Positions 12,447 to 24,220 of a DNA stretch of 64,000 bases are shown in pieces (within the stretch, counting starts at the first letter, position 1; the number at the start of each line of letters is the position of its first letter). Made by a program: the position numbers and the translations under genes. A model generated the notes under the pieces. It ran no database searches. It saw only the letters and a program-made list of their open reading frames with translations, and was not told the DNA's origin. The stretch covers positions 15,748,001-15,812,000 of the forward strand of contig JBHGNT010000012.1 in NCBI GenBank assembly GCA_043228905.1, read 5' to 3'. The DNA is from Azolla caroliniana (lineage: Eukaryota > Plantae > Polypodiophyta).

Positions 12447-12900
12447 ATAAGTAGAACAAAGTTAACTAATACAAGTTTAGGGCTATTTACAATTCTTGCC
12501 CAAAATAGGCGCAACAAAACCTATTTACAAATATGGCCATTTTTGGATACTTCAATTGAATCCGGACTTTCTTCTTCCTCGGATCCAACTCATCCAACTC
12601 ATGCTCACTTCTCATCCGGAGGGACCTGTTTCCTAACAAATTGGTGTTGTGTCAATCTTCTTACATGAATGGAGACTAGACACTTGACGCATCCATACAA
12701 ACAAAAAACATAATGGCCCCCAATCTTCTACAAATTCCCTACTAGAACTATTGCATTGCAATTAATGATCTTTCACTTTAACAAAAAACATAAAACATGG
12801 TTTCAGATTATTCATTTGAACTCGTGATACGTTTGTGACAAATTTCTCGTCCCCAAGGATTATTTCTAATAGTCAAGATGATTAAAATGCCAATCCCAGG

Positions 12901-13866
12901 AAGCCAATTGAGATGGACTCAAATTTTCACATGCGTGTGTATGTAAATAGCTAATACTTCATTCACAAAAAGATGGATCTCGAATGTTTTAGAAAAGATG
13001 CACAAAAAGATTTGAAATACATGACTTATATAACCAATGTTGGGCAAAGTCCTAGGAATAGTGTCAACGTTCTAGTTACATTGGGACTTTTGCTGGCCAA
13101 TGTGGGGGACAATGGGAATTGATGACGGCCATTTTTTCCTTCCAACTGGAATCTAGCTAATTATTCATATTTTTTTAATAGACTATTTATATAGTTTTGA
13201 AAAGGGAAAAGTAAAATAAAAACGTTTTTATGTTTCTCTTTCCCCTTTTGTATGTTTCTATTTCTTGCGCTTTCTCTTTTTTCCCTCTTTGCGTGGGTTT
13301 GTCATCTAATTTCATATGCTTATTTTTCTTTCTTTGTAATTCTGTCTATTTTTTTGTTGGTTTCTCTCTGTTTGAATAGGTTTTTCTCTCGGTTTCTCTT
13401 TGTTTGAATAATATAATTTCCCCTAGCAAAACGAATATGGATTGTAATAATTTACATCAAAATGGCAAAAAAAAACATTTAATGTCGTATGCTCAAATGA
13501 AAAAATGGTTAAAGTCACATAGGATAAGCATAGATGCATTAACACCATTTAATATACTTAATTATCCATATCTTGATGTAATTAGAAAAGAGAAGCATAA
13601 AGTGATCCAGAACAAATCATGAAATTGGATATAGAGAAGACATTGACATTGTAGGAAGTATTGGCCCAATACATATTCGCCCACAGATATGAATGCATAT
13701 GGTGAAAATCTCCATTTTGGGGGTGGTGAAAACGTTCAATGGAAGAAGTTTATGGTGAAAATCTTCATTCAAAAAAGTATATGGTTAATCTGTCTTGTTA
13801 ATTGTGAATGAAGTATTAGCTATTTACACACACATGTGAAAATTTGAGTTCATCTCAATTGGCTTT
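12901..13866. mobile_element. Foldback/MITE-like element with about 66-bp terminal inverted repeats
   Basis: 12901-12968 (aagccaattgagatggactcaaattttcacatg...cttcattcacaa) is the reverse complement of 13802-13866. Confidence 0.65.
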
Positions 13867-15252
13867 AGGGTTACTATGTAATATTTAGAAAGTAAAAAGG
13901 GGGTAGGAGGATGGGGGAACGAGTGAGAGAAAGAGAGGGGAGTTGTTTGTATAGAGAGGCTGCATGGGGGGAGAGACGAGTGGGGAAGATTAGGGTTATG
14001 TAGGTGTGAGACACTGTGTTCTTCATAATACATGTGTGGGGTTGGGAGGAGAGGGGGCATGTATCCATGTCGCTTGCCTTGTTTGTGCAAGCCCGTGCAT
14101 CACGCCATGGAGGGGGGTTATAGATCTAAAGGCCGGTTGTTATACACAGTCTCGAGCCTTACATCGGAGGGGGAGAACGGGTATGTATGATGGTTTCCGT
14201 TTCTAGAGACATGGTCGTTACTAGGTCGAAGATGGAGTGGCGGACAAGGTTGTAATTATGGATGATTTTGGTCGCAACAGAGTTCATTGTTAGTGGGTGT
14301 GGCTAGTTCCCATCGAATGTCGATGGCGGGCATTATATGTATGGTGTTGAAATATGTGAATTCGACACATACGGTGGAAGGTGTTTGGCGCCGACTGGTA
14401 TAAGGATGCAAGGGAAGTTTATTTGGTTTATAAAATGTGACCCTCATGCCATTAAGGTTAAAAGGGGGGATGAAGTTCTTACTAACTTCATTTGTGCCTA
14501 TGTTGTAGGTAAATCAAGGGAGGGAGTGATGGTTGGCTAGTCGTAGAGGCTTTTGTTCCAAGGGTTTAGGCTTAGGCTTAACCCTAAACCCTAAAAATAA
14601 CACTAACCCTTGCAACAAAAGCCTCTGCGACCGACCAACCATCACTCCCTCCCCCAATTTACCTGCAAGATAGCCACAAATGAAGTTAATAAAAACTTCA
14701 TCCCCCCTTTTAACCTTAATGGCCCAAGGGTCACATTTTATAAACCAAATAAACTTCCCCCGCATCCTTATACCATAGTTGGCGTCGGACACCATCCATT
14801 GTATCTGTCGAATTCACATATTTAAGCACCATATAGATCATGCCCGTCACCGACATTCGACAAAACCTAGCCATACCCACTAACAACGAACTCTGCCACG
14901 ACCAACATTATCCACAATTACAAGCATGGCCGTCACTCCATCTTTGACCTGGTAAACCCTAAACCATCATCATACATACCCATTCACCCCCTCCGATGTA
15001 AGGCTCGAGACTATGTCTAACAGCCAGCCTATAGATCTACAACCCCCCCCCCCTCCATGGTGTGATGCACGGGCCTGCACAAGGCAGTCGGCATGGATAC
15101 ATGCCCCCTTTCCTCCCAACCCCACGCATCTATTATGAAGAACAACTCCTACGTAACCCTAATGATCCCCATTTCTCTCTTCCCCCACGCAGCCTCTCAA
15201 CAAAAAGCTCCCCCTTCTTCCTCCTACCCCCTTTTTACTTTCTAAATATTAC
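13867..15252. repeat. Long imperfect palindrome (arms about 13877-14560 and 14605-15252) centred on telomere-like repeats
   Basis: Arms are colinear reverse complements with substitutions and indels; the centre reads agggtttaggcttaggcttaaccctaaaccctaaa. Confidence 0.95.
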
Positions 15253-15830
15253 ACCAATACCCCCTCCCCTTTTTTATCTAATTCTTACTCTACCCGCCCA
15301 CCTTATTTTGAAGAATTACATTGAAACCCCCCACAATTTTCTTCTCTTTATCACTCTACCCCTCCCCCATTATCATCTAATCCTTACCCTACTACCGCTT
15401 TAATTAACCCACATCACTCCCATTATACTTATCATTCAAAAACTCCTTTTTCTCATTTAATTGTTTTCAAAAACCTCTCAATTCATACCAATACTTGCCT
15501 TTTTCATCAAATCATCAACCCCATACAAAACAACACTTTATCACTAATGAAGTGAGGAGATATCTCATTAGAGAAAGCACCCCATTAGGTTTCTACCAAA
15601 TGAAAAAACTATTTTTCAATGGACTAGTTAACCGTGGTTACCCCCCTTCCTTCATACTAAGGAAAATACCCTTTAATATTAGAAAAACACTCTTATATCA
15701 ACCCAAAACTACTACCTGCCTTAACCCCACAATCTTTAAATCTAGATACACCAAAAATACCCCAAATTTAGGCATTCATAGTTTTTAAAAAAATCTCTAT
15801 AATGACTTAGTGCACATGCCTTCCTAGTTA

Positions 15831-15990
15831 ACACTAAGTTTTCAAAAACTCCACCCAAATTCCCCACTTAAGACTAAGTTTTCAAACAATCCACCCAAAT
15901 CCCCCATTCAAGACTAAATTTTCAAACAATCCATCCAAATTCCCCACTTAAGACTAAGTTTTCAAAAACTCCACCCACATCCCCCACTTA
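15831..15990. repeat. 40-bp tandem repeat x4
   Basis: Unit agactaagttttcaaaaactccacccaaattccccactta with a few substitutions. Confidence 0.95.
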
Positions 15991-16117
15991 ATATTATACC
16001 ACCATCCTAAAACCCCTTTTTTTAGCATATTAAGAACTCCCCCCTCACTCCTACACCCATCATAATCATCATTACACGCATTCCCCCTCTCTCACTCCCT
16101 ATCACTCTTATACACAC

Positions 16118-16154
<37 letters not shown>

Positions 16155-16268
16155 ATTACTACCTTCTATTCTATCTCATCTACTACACAAATCAAATCCT
16201 CCCCAATCCTTTTCTCTCACTCCCTCTTCCTCCCCACACCTTTATTAATCACATTCTCTTGTTGTAAT

Positions 16269-16321
16269 GGTCTTTGCACTAAAGAGCTCCACTATGTAGC
16301 AAAACTAGTTTGCATAAGACC
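16269..16321 (+). ncRNA. Decayed minimal type I hammerhead ribozyme
   Basis: ggtctttgca-CTaAAGA-gctcca-cta-tgtagc-aAAAC-TA-GTT-tgcataagacc: stem I ggtctt.tgca/tgcataagacc, stem II gctcca/tgtagc, palindromic minimal stem III; two G>A changes from the CUGANGA and GAAAC cores. Confidence 0.65.
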
Positions 16322-17004
16322 ACCAACGTCTTTTAATAAAAACATCTCTCTCTCTCTCTCTCGTTTAGCTTAACCACCCTCTAACCATCGTGTGCCTATC
16401 CTTATGCACTCCTTGTTCCAACCATTTGGTCCTAGTAAGGTAGTTGACATATATCTAAACCATTGTAATGTACCTCTTGACACTTCAAGTGTCTAGTCTC
16501 CATTTATAAAGAAGATTGACACAACGCAAATTTGCCTTATTGTTATTGCTATTGTGAATCAATCTGTTCTACCTCTTTGGACATTTCTCTTACGTATGAA
16601 GATTGTGGGGGGAGTGGTGAGAACACAATCTTCAAGAATGGTTGTGCATGTCTTATCTTATTACCAGAGTCCATATCTTGCATTGAGCTCATGCACAACA
16701 TGAACCATAAACACATTTCCGCCTCCACATTGTTACCTTATCTATGTAGAGGCTAAAGCAAGTAGGGGAGCAAGAGCATATTTGCTTCATAGAATGTCCT
16801 ATATCTATTCAGAATGTCTTCTCCACATATCCATGGATATTATAGGTTCTTGGACTGATCTAAGACTAATAACAATGACACTAAGGATAGAATAAATCTC
16901 TTTTAACTGTGAACATGAAATTCATGCACAATTTCTTCTCTTTGTCTTTTTTTTCTTAATCTTTTCCCTCAATATTATTTGCAATAGACTTGTTCCCTCA
17001 ATTT

Positions 17005-18478
17005 CTTTGATATTTAAATGTGAGTGCATGTGTGTATAGGTTAATGTGAGCCTTCCTCTTTCTTCTTTATTTTTTGATAGATTGGAAGATCCATAGTGGA
17101 TCTTCGATATATTGCCTCTTAATCTTCTATATATCCCACGTATTTTAATCTGCTTATTCTCTTTGGATTACTTGGATTGTGTATATCTATTTCCCCTTCT
17201 TGTAATAGAATCCATTGATTATGGTAGTCCAACGTACTCACCATTATTGGTACAGTATGGCCCACATAAAAAATACGAAAGGCAAAGGAAAGCAAGTCAT
17301 CCTTTTTTATAATGCCCGGTTTTAGGATAAATTTGTCAATGAAGATGTATCTTTGGAAGAGCCTATAAAGGGCGATAAACACTCTCGAGAGTTACTTCAT
17401 GAGATAAAGAGAGTTAGCAAGGCCAAACTAAAATTTTAAGAAGATTGGCTGACTAAATTTAAGTGGCTTCAAGAGGATTTGAAAACAAGTTCTTTTATGG
17501 TGTAGTTATTGTAAGAGTGATTCTCATCATAACTCTTTATTCGGCAAAACATGTGCCACAAATTTTAAAAGAACATATAAGAAGAGTTGCTCATCGAGAT
17601 GTCATGTTGTCACAAGAACGAGACAAGATTGGACTTAAAAAATATGCATCAAAGAAAAAGGCTTGTGTAGATTTAACAATTAAAAAATTGTTTAAATGTG
17701 TAAACTATATAGCTAAAGAGGATCTTGCATTTAGAACATTGGAAAGCCTCTTAAGATTGTTAAGAGAGTGCGGTATAAATGGCCTTCCACAAATGTATAA
17801 TGATAATAAGGCTTGTGGAAGCTTTATCTTGCACTTAAGAGGCTCTTGAAGCCAAAATAGATTAAAAGTTAAGAAAAAATCCTTAATTTCGACTTATCGT
17901 AGATAAATCTACCGATGTAAACGTAACTTAATCTCTCTACCGATGCAAGATATGGACTTGATCCTTTATTATATATTATGGAAAGAAGGGAAGTACGAAG
18001 CTCTTATTTGGTGGTACTTAAAGTAAAGGATATTACAACAAACACAATAAAAGAATACAAAGAATACATTTTAGCATTGTTAAAAAAAAATGGAACGTTG
18101 ATATTAGAAAAATGATAGGATTTGGAAGTGATGGAGCGTCTGTTATGGTAGTATATCTATAGGTATTGCTAATAGATTGAAGTTATATAATCCATTTATG
18201 ATTTCCTTACATTGTTATGCTCATCGAACAAACTTGTGTTTGCAAGTGACTTCAAAGAACATTGAAGTCAAAGAAACATGCAAACAGTTAGATGCCCTTA
18301 TTAATCCGATGGTTGTACATTTTTCGAGGAGCTCAATGCACCAAGATAAATTGGCTAAGATGCAAGATGCATTTGAATACACACATTTACATATTCTTAG
18401 GATTGTGAAGACATGATGGCTTAATCAACATGGTGTTACCATCAAGGTATGCGATGTGTATGAATGAAGACATTGTAA
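17005..18478 (+). mobile_element. hAT transposase pseudogene (ZNF862/C17orf113-like), 3'-truncated
   Basis: Fragmented frames: LAFRTLESLLRLLRECG, LIVDKSTDV, GFGSDGASVM, ISLHCYAHRTNL, HFSRSS. Confidence 0.85.
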
Positions 18479-18619
18479 TCGCCAAAACCATAGAGATCCA
18501 TAGAGATCCAAAGACATTGTTATTGCTATCTTTCTCAAAACCATTGACATCCATAATATAATGATATAAAATTGTTTTTCTATCTCCCTAATGGCTATTA
18601 TAGCCAAACTTCCAATCCA

Positions 18620-20470
18620 TGTCACAGCCACAAATTCTTTTTAGAATTTTATACTTAACATAAACATGATGTTAAGTACATCTACAAGCAACTTTGAAGT
18701 TTCTTAAACTTAAGAAGACATTGTATGTATCACTTGGTGACTACAATGTCCTAATCAAGAGTTCATACACATAAGATACCCTCATGATAGCACCATGTTG
18801 ACTAAGTCATTGTGTCTTCACAACCCCCAAAGTATGTGTATGTGTGTTCTAATACATCTTTAATCTTAACCAATTCATCTTGACACATTCAGCTCCTCAC
18901 GAAATGTGTGCAACCACGAGATTTACAAGGACATCTAACTGCTTGCATGTTTCTTTGACTTCATTATTGTTTAAAGCCTCTTGCACACACAAATTTGTTC
19001 AATGCACATAACAATGTAAAGAAGTCATAAATGGATTATATAACTTCAATCTTGTAGCTACACCTGTAGATATACCTACCATAACAAATGTTATATCACT
19101 TCCAAATCCCATCATTTTTCTAACATTTAAGTTCCACTTCTTTAATAACGATAAAATACATTCTATTATTGTGTTTGTCATACCATCATCCACTTCAAGT
19201 ACCCCCAAATAAGAGGTTTGTACTTATCTTCCTTCCAAAAATGTAGGATCAAGTTCTTGGTTATGCTTACATCGATAAATTTACCTACCATAAGCCCAAA
19301 CCAAGGACTTGTCCTTAACTTGTCATATATCTCGGCTCCAAAAGCTTTCCTAATGTGCAAGATAAAACTCACACTAACCTTATTGTCATTATACATTCGT
19401 GGAGAAACTTCCATAGCACACTCTCTTAACAATCCTAGGAGGCTTTTCAATTTTTTAAATGCAAGATCCTTTTTTGTTATATAATGTGCACATTTAAACA
19501 ATTGTTTGAATTGTTAAATCTACATTAACTTTTTTCTTTAATGCACTTTTTTCAAGACCATTCTTGTCTTGTTCTAGTAACAAAAAGGCATCTCGATAGA
19601 CAACACTTGTTCTTCTAAAGTAAAAACCTTAAATTTTTGGCACCTATTTTACCAAATAAAGACTTACAATGAAGATCATTCTTACAATAATTATACCTTA
19701 AAAGACTAGTTTCCAAATTCTCTTGAAGTCACTTAAATTTAGTAAGCTAATCTTCTTAAAATTTTAATTTGGCCGTACTAACTCTCTTGATATCATTAAG
19801 TAACTCTTGAAGGTGTTCATGGTCCTTTATAGGCTCTTCTAAATACATATCTTCATTGGAAGATGACAACTTTTTCTTAAAACCAAGCATTGTAAAGAGG
19901 TTAAGCATTGTAAGAACCATATGTACCATATGTGCATTCGCATTCGTGAATGGTTCAATCATTCATGAAAGAAAAACACCCTCAAAGAATGATAAATACC
20001 ATACTTTTGGATCAACTATTTATTATAAGATAGATAAGCCTAAAAATGAAAAAAAAACATTAAAAAAATGGGAAAAAACAAAAAAAAAAACACAAGAATG
20101 TTTGAATAACATTCGCATTCGTTTTCCAACGTAAGAAAACGAATGTTATACTAGACAAACACGAACTATGAGGTTAAGTTGCTTTCTTTTACCTTTTATA
20201 TTTTTGTTGTGGACCATATTGTACCAATAATGTAGAGTACGTTGAACTAGTATAATCTATAGATTACATTACAAGAAGGGGAAACATATATACACAATCC
20301 ATATATTCCAAAGAGAATAAGCAAGTCCAAATACCTAGGATATATGGAAGATTATGAAGCAGTAAAGGATCAAGTTTCCACTATGGATCTTCCAATCTAT
20401 CAAAAAATAAAAAAGAAAGTGGACGGCTCACATTAGCTGACAAAGACATGTAGTCACCTTTAAATCAAAA
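18620..20470 (-). mobile_element. Second, diverged copy of the same hAT transposase in opposite orientation
   Basis: ORFs 19178-19501 and 18999-19208 (SPWFGLMV, GFGSD..VMVGISTGVATRLK, SLHCYVH); upstream 20175-20470 is the reverse complement of 17005-17300. Confidence 0.85.
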
Positions 20471-21357
20471 TTCTATCTTATTCCTTGGAAACATGTGAAA
20501 ATTTAATCTTATTCCTTGGAAATTCAAACTACCATGAATTTGGTAATGCAAGAGCCAATAAATCCCTTTGCTGATTTTAAAACATGTCTAAACAAGGTAG
20601 ATTGCTATCATGCACTTAGCACTGAAACATATTCAAACAGAGAGAAATTGAATGGAAACAGATTCAAATAGAGAGAAAAACTGACAGAATTCAAAAAGAG
20701 AGAAAGAAAAATAGAGATTTAAAATGTAGACAGATGTAACCCACAATGGTCAAACATATACGAATACAATGCTCATGGACTTACCACTCAAATAGAGAAA
20801 AACATATTCAAATAGATTCAAACAGAGAAAAATAAAGAGGAAAACATATTCAAATAGAGAGAAAAACAAAAAGAATTCAGAAACCAAGAAATAAAAACAA
20901 AGATTTAATGGGCAATCGAGAGACCATGATAAGTCAAGGATAAAGAGAAAATGATCATAAATCAAAACCATAGAGTTTATATTCATAGTGAACCTATAAA
21001 AATCATTCATTCATACCACCATCAATCTATGCACACCTATTCATTACATTGTATATATTTATACACATTCTCATAGAGGCACCAAGTGAAATCATATGCA
21101 TACATTCATTCAATAAATAGTCATTCAGTCATACATACATACATACATACATACATACTTACATTCATACAATTGGTCATTCACACACATACATATATGT
21201 ACATTCATTCATTCATAAACATACCTAAAACATTCATTTATACATTCTTTAGAGTGATCTATATTTTGCTCTACTATACTTGAGATTAAGGTAGTTGTAA
21301 TATCACAAAGGTGATCCCACTCAAGAGGCTCCATGTTTGTATCTTTAGATTTGTATA

Positions 21358-21980
21358 ATCCATCGTGTCATTACATTTTTGCATTTTCAATATCGGTGCA
21401 TATTCCTTTTCACTTCCACAATCAATGCATTTAGTCTTCCTCTCCAAAATTTTGGCACATACTAGTAACTACCCTCCCTAATACGAATATTCTTTATTAA
21501 ATTCTTTTGGAAGTATTTACAACAATAGGAACCCCAAATCTAGGTTATCGTAACAAAATAGAACCATGATCCATCATGTCATTACATTTTTTCACTATAT
21601 GTGCATATTCCTTTTCACTTTCACAATCAATGCATTACTTCCTCTCCAAAAATTTTGCACATACCAGTAACTACCCTCCCTAATATGAATATTCTTTATT
21701 AATATATTCTTTTAGAAGTATTTACAACAATAGGAACCCCAAATCTAGGTTATAGTAACAAAATAGAACCTTGATCCATCATGTCATTACATTTTTGCAT
21801 TTTCAATATCTATGCATATTCTTGTTCACTTCCACAACCAATGCATTACTTCCTCTCCAAAATTTCTGCACATACTAGTAACTACCCTCCCTAATACGAA
21901 TATTCTTTATTAATATATCTTTTGGAAGTCTTAACACCAATAGGAACCCCAAATCTAGTTATGGTAACAAAATAGAACCC
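21358..21980. repeat. About 207-bp tandem repeat x3
   Basis: Units start atccatcRtgtcattacattttt at about 21358, 21569 and 21775 and end ...gtaacaaaatagaacc. Confidence 0.95.
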
Positions 21981-22949
21981 CTAATTTGCACATAATGGAA
22001 TTTCCAAACCTTAAAAATTTTGGTGTAGCACAAATTTTACTTGGAAAATTTCAAAATTTGAACACAAAACCTTCAGTGAAGCTATAGCCCAAAATACATT
22101 GAAGAAATCATAAGAAAAATACGCAAAATACATACCTTATAGTGGTGAACAACAGATGGTGCGCAATCAGTGAGAAGTGAACAATAGGGAGCAAAGACCA
22201 ACAACTCGGGAGTAGCAAGCGGCGAGCAAGGAATAGAGTATCAAGCCCCACACGCAATTGTTGAGTTTCGATCAACACACATGCAATCAGTGAGCACATA
22301 GGAATGAGCAGAAGAGGGAAATGTTGAGACACAAGCAAGTTAGAGTCAAAGGTAGGTCAAAGTCGAACATTCTTCAAAGTCGAAGGTAGGTTCGAGTTGA
22401 AGGCTTTGCAGAGTCGAAGGTAAGTCAGAGTAAAAGGCTCTACATAGTCAAAGGTGGCGATGACCCGAACAACGATATGCATAAGATTTAGGATTGAATC
22501 ATGAAATTACGAATGGATTTTACAATATTAAGTCCGAAATCACTAGACTAGGAAAGAAATTCCCTTCATAACATAGGGATTACAAGTTTTAGAGGTAAAC
22601 GATTACAATGGTGGTAAATCTCAAAAATTAAAAATGATTTAAGAAGCCTAAATTTTACGAAGAAGATTAAATAAATCCTAAGATAGCAAGTACGTTATGG
22701 AGAAGAAGAAGATGATGATGAAGTAAACAAAAATCAGAAAATATAAGTTCTCGAGTGAAGCTTAGGGGGGAAATCCTTGAGTTTGAGTGCAACGCCCCAA
22801 CATTCTCTTCATCCTTTTATAGGATGAAAGAGATCTCACTTGAATAAAGTTTGTGAGAGCCCGAAGGTGCTCGACAACCACCTTCGCTCGATTCACCATC
22901 AAAAGGGTACAACATTAATACGAACTCAAGGCTAACGACATCGATGAGA

Positions 22950-24220
22950 GGCATTAGCATAACTCCATCGATCAATAGATATGTTCCATGAGGTACGGAA
23001 GTGACACAATTAACAAGCTATCGAAGGTAAGCAAAGCTATTGAGAGGATGGGGTACTTTGACCCACTTAAATAGGTGCAAGTTCTAGCAGGTAGAAGTCG
23101 CCATTGCTCCATTGCTTCTGTGTGGTTCCAATCATTTATAGTAAGCATCCTATCAATGAAATTTGCAATAATACTAGAGTCGACTATAGTGTAACTCAAA
23201 ACGTCTCTGAGTTCAAGGCTTCTTGGTGCATTGCTAAGGTGGAATTCCATCTAATAATGATATCAAGGCAAGGTAGCTCCCGCCCTCCATGCTCATACAT
23301 TGATCTGGAATACGAACTTTACTAGAACCTATGGATAACAAATTATTTCTCAACTTCATAGTGGAAGGTGAGATGACCTCTAATGTAGACTTAATTCCAA
23401 GTTGAAATACATGAACCATACTTCTCAACATATTTGATGAAGGTAAAATATCATTTCATGCATATCAATAACAATCTACCCAACTCATTCAAGGTCATAA
23501 TAGCATCACTAGCACCATCAAATGTTATGGATAAAAGATGAGAAGAAATACTGAAGGATTTTAAACACATAAATAAAGCTTACCTACACCATCATCAAGA
23601 AATACATGAAAGAAATCAATGAGCATAAACATTGGTTTAGCAAATTCTCTACATACCCAATGTAATGTCATTGGATAAAATCCTTTCAAACCACTAATTG
23701 ATCACCCATCAAACGTAATTGCAAAACGTGAATCAAGTGTAAAAACTTATAACTAATTGACAAATGGCAACATTCATTTGCCATATTGATCGTTTTAAAG
23801 TACATGTTGACTTAAGCCCATAACATGGTAATACATCATGCACAAATTGCTTAAAACCTAAGGAATCAACATGCACATGAGGTAACATTTTTGTGATTAT
23901 ATTTTTTGTTATAGAGCTATCAATTTTCTTCTCCAATGTATGAGATATTAGAAGCTTAGACGTATCTAAAGGATCTTGGATCACAGACATTTGATTCATA
24001 GTTGCAGAGCTATGTGGCCAAGATGTGTTAATAATGTGATGTTTTTCCAATAAATGTTTTGTAAGAGTACCCATGGATGTATTGTTTTACCAAGTACTAG
24101 AGTAATGTGAGCATCGATGGCAGGGCACACTTTTATCTATGATATTTATAGTGTGTTGGTCTATCCATGAAGTTCATTGTCTCTTTGTTGCCTTTGGATG
24201 TGTTTCTTGTAGAAGCCGAG
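22950..24220 (-). mobile_element. hAT (Ac/BED-finger type) transposase relic
   Basis: GTLTKHLLEKH (BED finger end), LPHVHVDSLGFKQFV, FAITFDG and TYLSGSKYPILS motifs across broken frames. Confidence 0.75.

Larger units (their letters stand above)
14580..16362 (+). mobile_element. Penelope-like retroelement (PLE) relic, internally deleted
   Basis: 15460-15790 translates CFQKPLNSYQYLPFSSNHQPHTKQHFITNEVRRYLIRES...F...KKLFFNGLVNRGYPPSFI, the PLE/telomerase-like RT thumb signature (KP.N.Y.YLP..S.H..H.K..FI..E..RY...RGYP); a hammerhead-like motif and AATAAA lie downstream. Confidence 0.8.

Noticed and set aside
15831-15990. CRISPR-like array (also considered for 21358-21980 and 36608-36963)
   Set aside because: Contiguous tandem units with no unique spacers and no cas genes; eukaryotic context.
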